A DNA stretch of 64,000 bases from a virus (lineage: Duplodnaviria > Caudoviricetes), in the IMG/VR virus record IMGVR_UViG_3300046804_003398; one strand, given 5' to 3'. The notes under the pieces were generated by a model, which ran no database searches, was not told the DNA's origin, and saw only the letters and a program-made list of their open reading frames with translations. Every line of letters begins with the position of its first letter. Position 1 is the stretch's first letter. Shown piece after piece: positions 19,858-29,219 of the stretch. The translations under genes were made by a program, and so were the position numbers.

Positions 19858-22449
19858 TTAGGTGTCCCATTTAACAACAATATTTATTGGAATTTGACCA
19901 TTGTTTTTTATAGGAGTTGCAATTTTTCCAACTGCTACTAGATCAGCACCCGCATACAATCCAACCTGTGTAATGTATGGTGCCAAATAAGAACCAGTAG
20001 GATCTACAGACGAACTAAAGTTGTAATCGAAGAACTCAGCTTTGATAGTATTTTGACTACCTTTACCAGTTTGTTTATCCAAGAAAGAAATGATGTCGTC
20101 ATAGTTTTTCCTTCTTGATGTTGGTGTGATATACTGTTGGTAATTTTCAACCGTCAAATTTTCTATAAAGTAGTTCCAGATCATATACGCATCTGCGTAA
20201 TTTACCATACCATCTTTATTTACATCAAAGTCTTTGGTTGCCAACTCACACTTTAACTCTGGAGTCAATCTATTGTTTGTATAATCTACCATCGAAGAAC
20301 TGAAGTATCCAAAGATGCTTTCTTGAACATCTCCAGACACCAATACATCCCACCATGATTCAACGTGAGTTGTAGTCAACTTATAGTTAATATATCTCAA
20401 AATAATATCCAAATTACTAAAGTCAAATGTCTCTTTGTTGATCACACAATATGGTCCAACATAAGATGCAGTAACAGCAGTTGGATTTGTAGAAATATTA
20501 AACTCGCCAGGTTCTACAGTGCAAATGTATTGTTTTTCATGTAGAGTTATTTGACTTTGATATTCTCCGTAAATATAGTCATCCAATTGTTGTAATGGAT
20601 TCTTCAATATATCAGACAATATACTACCAGTATTATTGACCACAAACTTATTGTAACTATAAAATATGTTACCTATATTTGGATTGGTTTGAAGATCACC
20701 AAAATCATAAATAAAAGCTCTACCAAATACTGAATCTGTGACATTTGAATCTTGTTCCATCACAAGCACAATTGACCCACTATCAGTTGCGTTCAAGTTG
20801 CTACCATCACAACCACAGATTTCATCTTCCATTCTGAAATAAAATGAACTGATAGATGGTCCGTCTGAGTTACATGTAAACAAACCACTGCCGCTTTGTT
20901 CAGCCGCATATGGTTCTGACAAATACAAATCATCATTCAAAGGTGCTGGTGAACCAATTACCAAATTTAAATCTGATAATGCTACTGAGGCACCAAATGC
21001 GGTAAAACTTTCGTCTAACTTTTTTCTGTATCCGATTGGTGTGGTTGTTGCCATCTTCAACGTCAAATTATTATCACATGACCCCGTAGAAATCTTGTAT
21101 AACATTGCTTGACCGTTGAATGTGCTAGCACCAAAATCGTTTGTTTCAAAGTTGATATTGTATCTGTTTACCGACGAAGATAGATACAAACTAGAGAATG
21201 GAAAATATGGTTTTGGAGAACCAGCAAGAACATAATGACCGTTTATGTCAACACTGTATCCAAACATATTGTCTTTGAAAGTATTTGTGTCACCGTAGAT
21301 CTTCTCCAATAGAACATATTGTTTGGTTCCAACAGCAGGTATGTTGTAATAATAAATTGCACCACGTTGTCTCAACGGTTGAGAACCAGTCAATGCCATC
21401 GAACTACTGTATTCGTAGTATATCAGATCATTTGGAGCACCAACAATCAGATTATCTTTAGCAATAGCAACTGAATATCCATATCTAGTTATTGACTGAC
21501 TGATAGGTAACCAGTCAAGATCTCCGTCACCTTGCAATTTTAACCACTTTGAAGAAGTATCTTGTGTTAGAGTTTGAGTAAGTTCCCAACTTCCATTAAT
21601 CAGATTACCCTCTCTAAAATACACAAAGACTTTGCTACCTGTTTGTGGAGCAGATGCTATTACCAATCTATCTTCATTGTATTTATCAATATAAACCGAT
21701 GACCCAAAATACAAATCAGCACCATTTGATGATGAAATAGTTTGATAGTATGTGTAATAACCACATCCAGATCCAGTATACAAATAGATGTCAACGGCAC
21801 CTCTGTTGGAATTTCTGAATGGTGAACTTATTGCCAAAAAGTTGTTTGACACGGCGACCGCACGACCAAATCCTTCAGCTGCCGATCCAGTAACTCCACA
21901 AAATGGACTGTTTGGTAAAGAAAATAAACTGTCATTTTCTACTGAACAAGACCCCGTTGATGCTTCATCGTAAATTTTGTATATGTCTACGGTTGCATAA
22001 TTTTGATCAATGTTAGCAATACTTTGACTAAAAGCAATGTCTGATATTACCAAGAATCTTTCGCATATTGCCAAAGCAGAACCATAAGACGTTTGTTTTT
22101 GTATTACAGTTCCGTCTTCCAATATCAAAAAGTCACAGGCTAATGAATTATCAGCCAAAGACCCACTTTCATATCTTAATGATGCTGTATAGGCAGAACT
22201 TGCACTTTGTTCTGTATAATATGATAGTAGTTCACCGTGGTCGAGAGGACTGCCTCGTCTATAGGTCTTTGCAAAAGAATAATTGGTAGTGAACCTGTTT
22301 TTTTGATAAACCAACACTTCACCGAGTCTTGCAAACCCCTCATTACAAGAATATGGCTTTGAATTGGTATTTGAAACCGCTATGTAGTTACCGTTTGTAA
22401 CCACATGTTGGCCAAAGTTCTCATTATAGATGTTTAACAGATTCGACAT
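19858..22449 (-). CDS. virion structural protein with FG-GAP-like beta-propeller repeats and EF-hand/dockerin-like motif
   Basis: Repeated FG.AVA / YG.SVA...VGAP motifs; DFDVNKDGMVNYAD; C-terminal YITQVGLY...VAVGK domain. Confidence 0.75.
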   Translation of the reverse strand: MSNLLNIYNENFGQHVVTNGNYIAVSNTNSKPYSCNEGFARLGEVLVYQKNRFTTNYSFAKTYRRGSPLDHGELLSYYTEQSASSAYTASLRYESGSLADNSLACDFLILEDGTVIQKQTSYGSALAICERFLVISDIAFSQSIANIDQNYATVDIYKIYDEASTGSCSVENDSLFSLPNSPFCGVTGSAAEGFGRAVAVSNNFLAISSPFRNSNRGAVDIYLYTGSGCGYYTYYQTISSSNGADLYFGSSVYIDKYNEDRLVIASAPQTGSKVFVYFREGNLINGSWELTQTLTQDTSSKWLKLQGDGDLDWLPISQSITRYGYSVAIAKDNLIVGAPNDLIYYEYSSSMALTGSQPLRQRGAIYYYNIPAVGTKQYVLLEKIYGDTNTFKDNMFGYSVDINGHYVLAGSPKPYFPFSSLYLSSSVNRYNINFETNDFGASTFNGQAMLYKISTGSCDNNLTLKMATTTPIGYRKKLDESFTAFGASVALSDLNLVIGSPAPLNDDLYLSEPYAAEQSGSGLFTCNSDGPSISSFYFRMEDEICGCDGSNLNATDSGSIVLVMEQDSNVTDSVFGRAFIYDFGDLQTNPNIGNIFYSYNKFVVNNTGSILSDILKNPLQQLDDYIYGEYQSQITLHEKQYICTVEPGEFNISTNPTAVTASYVGPYCVINKETFDFSNLDIILRYINYKLTTTHVESWWDVLVSGDVQESIFGYFSSSMVDYTNNRLTPELKCELATKDFDVNKDGMVNYADAYMIWNYFIENLTVENYQQYITPTSRRKNYDDIISFLDKQTGKGSQNTIKAEFFDYNFSSSVDPTGSYLAPYITQVGLYAGADLVAVGKIATPIKNNGQIPINIVVKWDT

Positions 22450-22482
22450 TTACTATAAATATTGAGTAAACATGAAATTCAA

Positions 22483-23160
22483 TCATGTTCTTACAAAATG
22501 ATAATCCGCATCTGGACCATTACCACAGAAGTATTTGTGTGGATTATCTACCAAAGTGAATCCCAGTGATTGAATAAACGGTATAGAATCGTTCACTTGT
22601 ATAGCTCCAATATTATATTCAACATGTTGCAGTTCAACGATCAAGTGATTTACGGTCTTGAGTGTATTTTCCATACCCCTCAAAATGTCCAATTCAGCAC
22701 CTTGAACGTCAATCTTTACAAAGTCTGGAAGTAAAAATCCTTTTTCTTTGACTATACTATCAATTGATCGGGTCTTTCTTTTCTTACCAGATGCGTCACT
22801 ATAGATCTTTTCGGCCGCCGGTGAATACTTTACATTCTCCCGATAATATGAATTGCCACCCAAACACACTGGATCTTCATAAAATGTCACTTCTTTACCA
22901 TCTGTATCGCTAAACACACCCAAAGCATAATCTGCGTTAAACTCTTTATAGAACTCCTCAACTTCCAACACTGCTTCGAACGCGTAATATTTTGCGTTTG
23001 GCCACACTTTTTTTGCTTCTTTGGTCCAATGCAAAGCAGCAGACCCAATATCATAAATTACAGTTGGAGTGTAATTAATTTTGTTTAAATAATCAATGTG
23101 AGGTTTTGGAATACTCACATCATTATGAAGTCTACGATAATAATCTGTATAATTAGACAT
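22483..23160 (-). CDS. FkbM-family methyltransferase
   Basis: VIYDIGSA, YAFEAV and FVKIDVQGAELDILRG motifs. Confidence 0.9.
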   Translation of the reverse strand: MSNYTDYYRRLHNDVSIPKPHIDYLNKINYTPTVIYDIGSAALHWTKEAKKVWPNAKYYAFEAVLEVEEFYKEFNADYALGVFSDTDGKEVTFYEDPVCLGGNSYYRENVKYSPAAEKIYSDASGKKRKTRSIDSIVKEKGFLLPDFVKIDVQGAELDILRGMENTLKTVNHLIVELQHVEYNIGAIQVNDSIPFIQSLGFTLVDNPHKYFCGNGPDADYHFVRT

Positions 23161-24361
23161 TGGTTAAATTGTTTATGAATGTTTCCCACATAGATCCAAC
23201 CGTGTTAATACCAAATCTACCTAATATGTAATTGGCTCCTTCTGATTGAATTTTGTTCTTTAACGTAGGATTTTGTTCTAGTTTTTTTACCACTTCGACA
23301 ATCTTTTCAGGTGTATTAAATATACCCACTTCATCTCGACTCAATGGTTCTGAATTCATCTTATCAAAATTAGCACCATTAGGAGCATCCGCCCAAGCAC
23401 AATATTCTCCAAAATACTCAGGCAAAGCACCGAGTGGATATGTTACGACAGTAGTTCCCAACGCAATCGCTTCTGCAACAACACACGAAAATGTGTCTTT
23501 ATGAACATCTTTGTAAGGAGTGTATAGTGGATACAAAAAATACTCACTTTCAGCAATGTGTTTAAACAGTGTAGATTTGTCAACACCATTGTGTAAGTTA
23601 AACCATGGATCATTGTGTGCGTGTATACACATCAAATAATCAAATGCGTGAAATTGTGAATCGGGGTAACCAAGTTGGCGAACTGCGTCCACAGCAACAT
23701 TACCGCCTCTAGCCCAAGCAGCATGAAAAATAAACTTGTGTTTTTTCTTCACAATGTTCTTGGATAAAGTTTCACGAATAATATCTTCGGCCACTGGATT
23801 TGGTATCAAAGTAGTAGCTAATCGGTCTGTAAATATTTTTGCTCTTTCTACAACCAACGAGGTCATTTTCTTTTCCCACTCAGATATGTGAACAAAACCC
23901 AAAGATAAATTGTTGTCCTTGCAATATTGACCCACTTCGTCAATACCATAAATCCACTGCATATGAGACCAATATATTACAGATTTGGTAACCTTTATTG
24001 GTAATTTTTTGTAATCATGATACCACAACGTATTGACCAAAATATCAAACTCTTTGTTTTCTATTCCATCAAACGACATGTTACAATATTTTACTCCACG
24101 AATTTCTTTTCCAGAAATAAACTCTATTCCTTGAGATCTAAGTTTTTGTTCTATTGGTTTTTCCAACATTTCAGTTGCAAAAACAACATCGTGTCCTTTG
24201 CTTGCCAAATACTCCGCTACCAAAATTGTGCTGGTGTCAGTGCCACTAGCACCACCGCCACCATAACGAATAGTTTCTCCGTTTAGATAATTGCTACGTC
24301 TACTGTTACCTATGACCGTAAATACTATTCTCATATATTCTTTTCGTATCGTGGAGTCCAT
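23153..24361 (-). CDS. GT-B fold glycosyltransferase (GT4-like)
   Basis: GGGASGTDTS acceptor loop; DTFSCVVAEAIALGTTVVTYPLGALPE donor-binding ExxE-like motif. Confidence 0.85.
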   Translation of the reverse strand: MDSTIRKEYMRIVFTVIGNSRRSNYLNGETIRYGGGGASGTDTSTILVAEYLASKGHDVVFATEMLEKPIEQKLRSQGIEFISGKEIRGVKYCNMSFDGIENKEFDILVNTLWYHDYKKLPIKVTKSVIYWSHMQWIYGIDEVGQYCKDNNLSLGFVHISEWEKKMTSLVVERAKIFTDRLATTLIPNPVAEDIIRETLSKNIVKKKHKFIFHAAWARGGNVAVDAVRQLGYPDSQFHAFDYLMCIHAHNDPWFNLHNGVDKSTLFKHIAESEYFLYPLYTPYKDVHKDTFSCVVAEAIALGTTVVTYPLGALPEYFGEYCAWADAPNGANFDKMNSEPLSRDEVGIFNTPEKIVEVVKKLEQNPTLKNKIQSEGANYILGRFGINTVGSMWETFINNLTNV

Positions 24362-25584
24362 CCAGATTTGGTGTGACCATACATGACCAACTTATCAGGT
24401 CTGTTTTCACTCATAAACTTGGCAGTATGAGTGGTCTGTGTATAGTTGAACACATTTGGATTTTCACTTGGTTTAAAATCAACTCTGTGTAAATTGTTAC
24501 CAAACTTATCAATAATACCCAATGTGATAAACTCGTATCCATCCAACACATTGTTCTTGAAAAACTCAACATCCCAATTTACCACGATATTGTAATTTTC
24601 CATGGTAAACTGTTCTTCCCACACACCTGGATTGGGTGGTTCATTAACCTTTAGAGTGTATCCTTGAATTCTACACTTCTTAAAGTCAAATCCAAAAGCT
24701 ACTTCATAGTCACGGAGTGTTCGTTCGGTTCCCAACCCATAAACGCCAAATGGAATATTGTGATTCTCTTGACCAAACAACTGTCTGACTAGATTACGTG
24801 ACAACACATCACGTTCACCGCTGGTAACCTTGATCTGTTCTGTCTTGTGTCCATGATCATCCCAGTGTTTGACACGATAGTTACGGGTATACTCATGCCA
24901 TAAAATCATTCTGTATGGAGAAAAGAAATCATATCCATGACTATAAGCTCTAAGACTCATAGAAGTTTCTTCTGTATAACCACCAAAATAAACTCTAGGA
25001 TCATACTGAACTTCCTCACAGAACTTACCTTGTGTAAAAATAAAATGTCCGGATAGTGTTCTTGCACGAATAACTTTAGTTCTTGATTTGTAGTCTTGTA
25101 TAAACCAAGGCATACTCATCAACAACTTATCATAAGAAAACTCATACTGACTCATCAAACAAGGAACCGGGTTCCACGTTGATGGATCATCTTTTGGATT
25201 GAATGGTGTGCAATAAGTTGTAATGATTGGTTTCTTACAATATTCAAGAGCTTGATTATAGTCTTCAATACACATCGCATCCCAGTCTTGAACAAACCTA
25301 TGATGTGAATCAATTTGTAATGTATACTCTTCGTCCTTCCACAACTTTTGTGTTAGGTTTCTTGCCCACCCCAAACCCTCACTCTTTTGATATTGAACAT
25401 CTACAACTCTGAATCTAGGATCGTTGGTAAATTCTTCTAATGATTCAGTATCATCACGTTGCCAACAAATACCAAACGTCAGATTTTCTGGATGTTTGGC
25501 TTTGGTAATTAGATCTCGGATTGTAGGAACCAACTCTGGGTCTCTATAACTAGCAATTTGAACGAATATTTTAGACATAACCAC
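24331..25584 (-). CDS. polypeptide GlcNAc-transferase-like glycosyltransferase (GT60 / 'GlcNAc' family)
   Basis: IFVQIASYRDPEL, GLGWARNL, YTLQIDSHHRFVQDWD, YFGGYTEE and WHEY motifs; likely start 25578. Confidence 0.88.
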   Translation of the reverse strand: MVMSKIFVQIASYRDPELVPTIRDLITKAKHPENLTFGICWQRDDTESLEEFTNDPRFRVVDVQYQKSEGLGWARNLTQKLWKDEEYTLQIDSHHRFVQDWDAMCIEDYNQALEYCKKPIITTYCTPFNPKDDPSTWNPVPCLMSQYEFSYDKLLMSMPWFIQDYKSRTKVIRARTLSGHFIFTQGKFCEEVQYDPRVYFGGYTEETSMSLRAYSHGYDFFSPYRMILWHEYTRNYRVKHWDDHGHKTEQIKVTSGERDVLSRNLVRQLFGQENHNIPFGVYGLGTERTLRDYEVAFGFDFKKCRIQGYTLKVNEPPNPGVWEEQFTMENYNIVVNWDVEFFKNNVLDGYEFITLGIIDKFGNNLHRVDFKPSENPNVFNYTQTTHTAKFMSENRPDKLVMYGHTKSGWTPRYEKNI

Positions 25585-25667
25585 TGTTTATATAGATATT
25601 ATAACAATTCAAACCGTTATTATAAAATGATCGTTATTAAACTACAGTATTCCACTTTAAAGTTACA

Positions 25668-27398
25668 TCATACAATGATTTTATATGGTTGACTTTGTGA
25701 ACCATTACCACCTAGAACTCCTTCCCAAGTTTGAATAGCAAGCAACATACTGCCATATGTTCTATCAGAAGCAAAATTAAGTATGTTTCCACAACAGTTG
25801 CTTACACCGTCACGTTGGTTAAAGTGTCCAGTCCAAGATATACCAATATTCGATCCATCCACTGCTGGCCAAGCATTGTCCACCGAGATATTACATACTT
25901 TTTGATAGTTTGAATAGTCATAAATCGGAGGTAATAGTGGGTCTGGATTTGGAACCACTGGACCACCATGATTAGCGCTAACATTACAATAATATGTAGT
26001 TTCAACACTTTCTTGATTAATTGAATCCGATCCAACAGTGATCGCATTAACATTAACCGTAGCAGTATATGATGGACCGCCACAGTAGTCACAACCACCC
26101 ACAGGTGCTGGATCAGGACAACAATCTGGACATGTAACTGGGTCGGTGCAAGTCGGTTCAAAAGAACATGAACTTGGAGGTTGCATATAAAACTCATAAT
26201 ATACCAACGATGATATAGGAGTAGGTGTAGGTGTCGGAGTATTAGTAGGCGTAGGAGTAGGTGTAGGCGTATTGGTCGGAATTGGTGTATTAGTTGGAAC
26301 CGGCGTAGGTGTTGGTGTAGCTGTAGGAGGTATTGGTGTCGCAGTTGCTGTAGGTGTTGGTGTGTTAGTAGGTGTTGGTGTAGGCGTAGCTGTTGGTCCG
26401 CCTGGTGTAGGAGTAGGCGTTGGCGTATTGGTTGGAGTAGGAGTAGGTGTAGCTGTAGGTGTTGGGGTTGGCGTAGCCGTTGGACCAACTGGCGTAGGAG
26501 TTGGTGTTGGTGTGTTTGTGGCGGTAGGTGTAGGCGTTGGAGTCGAAGTTGCTGTTGGTGTAGGCGTTGGTGTTGCTGTAGGACCAGGCGTAGGTGTAGG
26601 GGTTACGGTTGGAGTAGCCGTTGGAGTTGCTGTTGCGGTCGGCGTTGGAGTTGGGGTCGCAGTAGGTGCCGGAGTTGGAGTTGGTGTTGGAGCAATACAA
26701 CATTCACCCGTATTGTATGGATCGGACAAATATGCACCCAAACCACAAATGTTCAATGGAACAGTCAAATCTGTTGAATCACTTTGTAATGGATACTTGT
26801 TGATAAAGTAACTACCAGACAATATCAAATTGTAATTTCCATCATCTATAACGTTCGCAATGATATCACCACTTTGATTGTTTATCACCAATGTAGTTGG
26901 TCTAATTTTGTCACCTGCTTGATTGATGGTTAGATTGAAAACAGAAATATCGTTGGTCAAACTACTGGTCATCAATGAATTGTCATAACCATCGATGCCA
27001 AAAATGTTGTAAGCATTGTTGTAGTTGTTATAATACATCTTTTTGATGGTATTATACACTTGACGTTGATATGTTCCGTCCAAGTTTTGTGGATTTGTAA
27101 CAGGATTATAATCAGCACTACCACTTGGATAAAATACCGAGCTAGAAGGAACGTATATACCAATTTGAAGGTTTATGTTGTCTTCAAATTGAGTTGTTCC
27201 CAAGAAACCATCAATACTTTTTTGTGTGCAACTTCCCGACAGATTATCATCACATGCTACTATCGGAATGATCAATGGAAATGTTTCGTCACCCTCGTTT
27301 GCTATGATTATGTCATTAAACACACTGTTCAACTCTTGTGGTTTAGCAAGAGTGAACGGAGTTAGTATGATGTCTTGATTTCTAAAAAACTTGATCAT
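25668..27398 (-). CDS. virion-type protein with long Pro-Thr linker and Cys-rich C-terminal domain
   Basis: About 160 aa of PT/PTATPT repeats between two globular-looking domains; late motif at 27405-27412. Confidence 0.85.
   Translation of the reverse strand: MIKFFRNQDIILTPFTLAKPQELNSVFNDIIIANEGDETFPLIIPIVACDDNLSGSCTQKSIDGFLGTTQFEDNINLQIGIYVPSSSVFYPSGSADYNPVTNPQNLDGTYQRQVYNTIKKMYYNNYNNAYNIFGIDGYDNSLMTSSLTNDISVFNLTINQAGDKIRPTTLVINNQSGDIIANVIDDGNYNLILSGSYFINKYPLQSDSTDLTVPLNICGLGAYLSDPYNTGECCIAPTPTPTPAPTATPTPTPTATATPTATPTVTPTPTPGPTATPTPTPTATSTPTPTPTATNTPTPTPTPVGPTATPTPTPTATPTPTPTNTPTPTPTPGGPTATPTPTPTNTPTPTATATPIPPTATPTPTPVPTNTPIPTNTPTPTPTPTNTPTPTPTPISSLVYYEFYMQPPSSCSFEPTCTDPVTCPDCCPDPAPVGGCDYCGGPSYTATVNVNAITVGSDSINQESVETTYYCNVSANHGGPVVPNPDPLLPPIYDYSNYQKVCNISVDNAWPAVDGSNIGISWTGHFNQRDGVSNCCGNILNFASDRTYGSMLLAIQTWEGVLGGNGSQSQPYKIIV
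26215..26693 (-). repeat. Pro-Thr low-complexity tandem repeat
   Basis: Degenerate (PT)n / [11 protein letters not shown] units; codons vary, so the repeat is conserved at protein level. Confidence 0.95.
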
Positions 27399-27419
27399 CC
27401 TAATATAAATAGGATTGTA

Positions 27420-28523
27420 TTAGAAATCGATACGGACTTTTATGAGTAGTTCGCTATCAAAACTCTTCTGAACTGGTCTGCTGATCTTACCAATGGCTAA
27501 CAATTCGTTGTTAGAGTTGTATAAACCCACACTAGTAATGTAGGTTCTAGGGTTATTGATCAAATCTTGATAAATGATTGTTCCCTTTGTGAGACCGTCA
27601 GTTCCATCCGACACAAAAGTAGGATTGTTACTGTAATTGAACTCTTTATTCTTTACACGAACGAAGTAATTTGTTGATGGAACAAACTCACTCTTACGTG
27701 CTGCCATAGTCTTGTTACTAAGCTTAATAGCATTGAAAAAATCACGTTGCCACAAACGAGCTATTGTTTGAACAGAATTTGCACCAACATAACTAGACAA
27801 ATTTGATAGTCGTTGATTGATATAAGTTCCGTGTGTAAATCCAACTTGAGCATTTGTCTTGGTAGCATTGAAAACCACGATGCCATTTGAAGGATAGAAC
27901 AAACCGATACCAGCATATACTGGACTTCCATTCTTAAGATATGGAGTAGCCACACCTTGAATAACAGAACCAGAAATCAAATTGTATACATTTTGTTGTT
28001 TATTGATAACTTGTGAATCGTCAATATACGAGAAAGATCCACTAGATCCCGACAAGTTGATTTGGATTTGACCTGGGTCCAATTGATCCTTGATCTTGTC
28101 TGAAGAAAAATTCATGACAAAGATATTTTCACTGTCAACTGGTGTTGTTACACTACCAGAAGCAAACGAGAACAATTGGTCGCCTGGTTGCAACAATGTG
28201 TTCTTGTATTGAGAATAAATTACCTTGGTTTCGTGAGTCAACACGTTTATCGAAGATGATCCGTTAAACACCGAACTACCACTGGTTTCATAGTCGCCGT
28301 AAGCAATAGCAAAATAAGTTTCGCCATCCAATAAAACATTCAAGTAATATTGTCCGTTCTTAACATCAAATGGTGATGATCCAGTAAGATTATTTGCTTG
28401 TGTAGAAGATGTAGTAAATCTGGATTGAGTTACATACAAACTACCTGTTCCGAATAATCCAGAAGATACTTGGTTTATTCTACCCGCTACGATGTCATCA
28501 CTTGTAAATTGACTAAATATCAT
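27420..28523 (-). CDS. tail/baseplate structural protein
   Basis: C-terminal PRTYITSVGLYNSNNELLAIGKISRP domain, paralogous to the end of 19858..22449; in the structural operon. Confidence 0.75.
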   Translation of the reverse strand: MIFSQFTSDDIVAGRINQVSSGLFGTGSLYVTQSRFTTSSTQANNLTGSSPFDVKNGQYYLNVLLDGETYFAIAYGDYETSGSSVFNGSSSINVLTHETKVIYSQYKNTLLQPGDQLFSFASGSVTTPVDSENIFVMNFSSDKIKDQLDPGQIQINLSGSSGSFSYIDDSQVINKQQNVYNLISGSVIQGVATPYLKNGSPVYAGIGLFYPSNGIVVFNATKTNAQVGFTHGTYINQRLSNLSSYVGANSVQTIARLWQRDFFNAIKLSNKTMAARKSEFVPSTNYFVRVKNKEFNYSNNPTFVSDGTDGLTKGTIIYQDLINNPRTYITSVGLYNSNNELLAIGKISRPVQKSFDSELLIKVRIDF

Positions 28524-28531
28524 AATTCAGT

Positions 28532-29173
28532 TTATGTTGTTGTTGGGACTTTAACAGTAACAGTAATCGACGTATTTCCGCCACTCTCATTACCTATGAT
28601 AGTGATATTTGTGGTGGTTGTCTTGGACAAAGAAGCATTTGGAACAAATCTAAACTTGTTTCCTACTACCACTTGAGATGTCTGCGATGCCAAATCACCA
28701 GAGAAAGAAGGAACTGTTGCAGTGGTTGAGTTTAGACTGTTGGTTTCTGTTACGATCAATGTTCCGACATTCTTGTTTGACAAAATTGCGGTATATCCAA
28801 GAGTGACGTTGTAAGTTGGGTTTGTGCTTGGGCTGATACTGATATCACCAGTATAGTCTCTGTCTACCGTAATTACTGATTGAGCCACGCTGATCGTAGG
28901 AACGGCAGTAACACCTTGATTGAGTGTCACCAACTTATACTTCATCAACTGTGATTCATCGGTGATGGGTTCCATTACTGGAGTATTACGAATTGCGATA
29001 TCGTAATAAGCACTTCCCATCGGATGATCTGGATTAAACTGTGTGTAGTCGATTTCGTCATCTGCGAGAGCAAATGCTGTAATGTTTAATCCACCAGTTT
29101 TCGCTAGGATTTCACGACCTTTCTTGGTCAAGACCGCGTTAATCGTGATCACATTGTTGTCTAAGTATGCCAT
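28532..29173 (-). CDS. tail/baseplate structural protein
   Basis: AVLTKKGREILA...ITAFALADDEIDY N-terminus resembling tail-collar/baseplate domains; beta-rich. Confidence 0.7.
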   Translation of the reverse strand: MAYLDNNVITINAVLTKKGREILAKTGGLNITAFALADDEIDYTQFNPDHPMGSAYYDIAIRNTPVMEPITDESQLMKYKLVTLNQGVTAVPTISVAQSVITVDRDYTGDISISPSTNPTYNVTLGYTAILSNKNVGTLIVTETNSLNSTTATVPSFSGDLASQTSQVVVGNKFRFVPNASLSKTTTTNITIIGNESGGNTSITVTVKVPTTT

Positions 29174-29219
29174 ATATAAATAATTATCAAGGATTTTATG
29201 TTTTACATCAAAATTGATA

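Noticed and set aside
25802-26811. Overlapping ORFs 25802..26488(-), 26272..26811(+) and 26365..26703(-)
   Set aside because: Alternative-frame shadows of the Pro-Thr repeat; low-complexity translations with no independent start signals.
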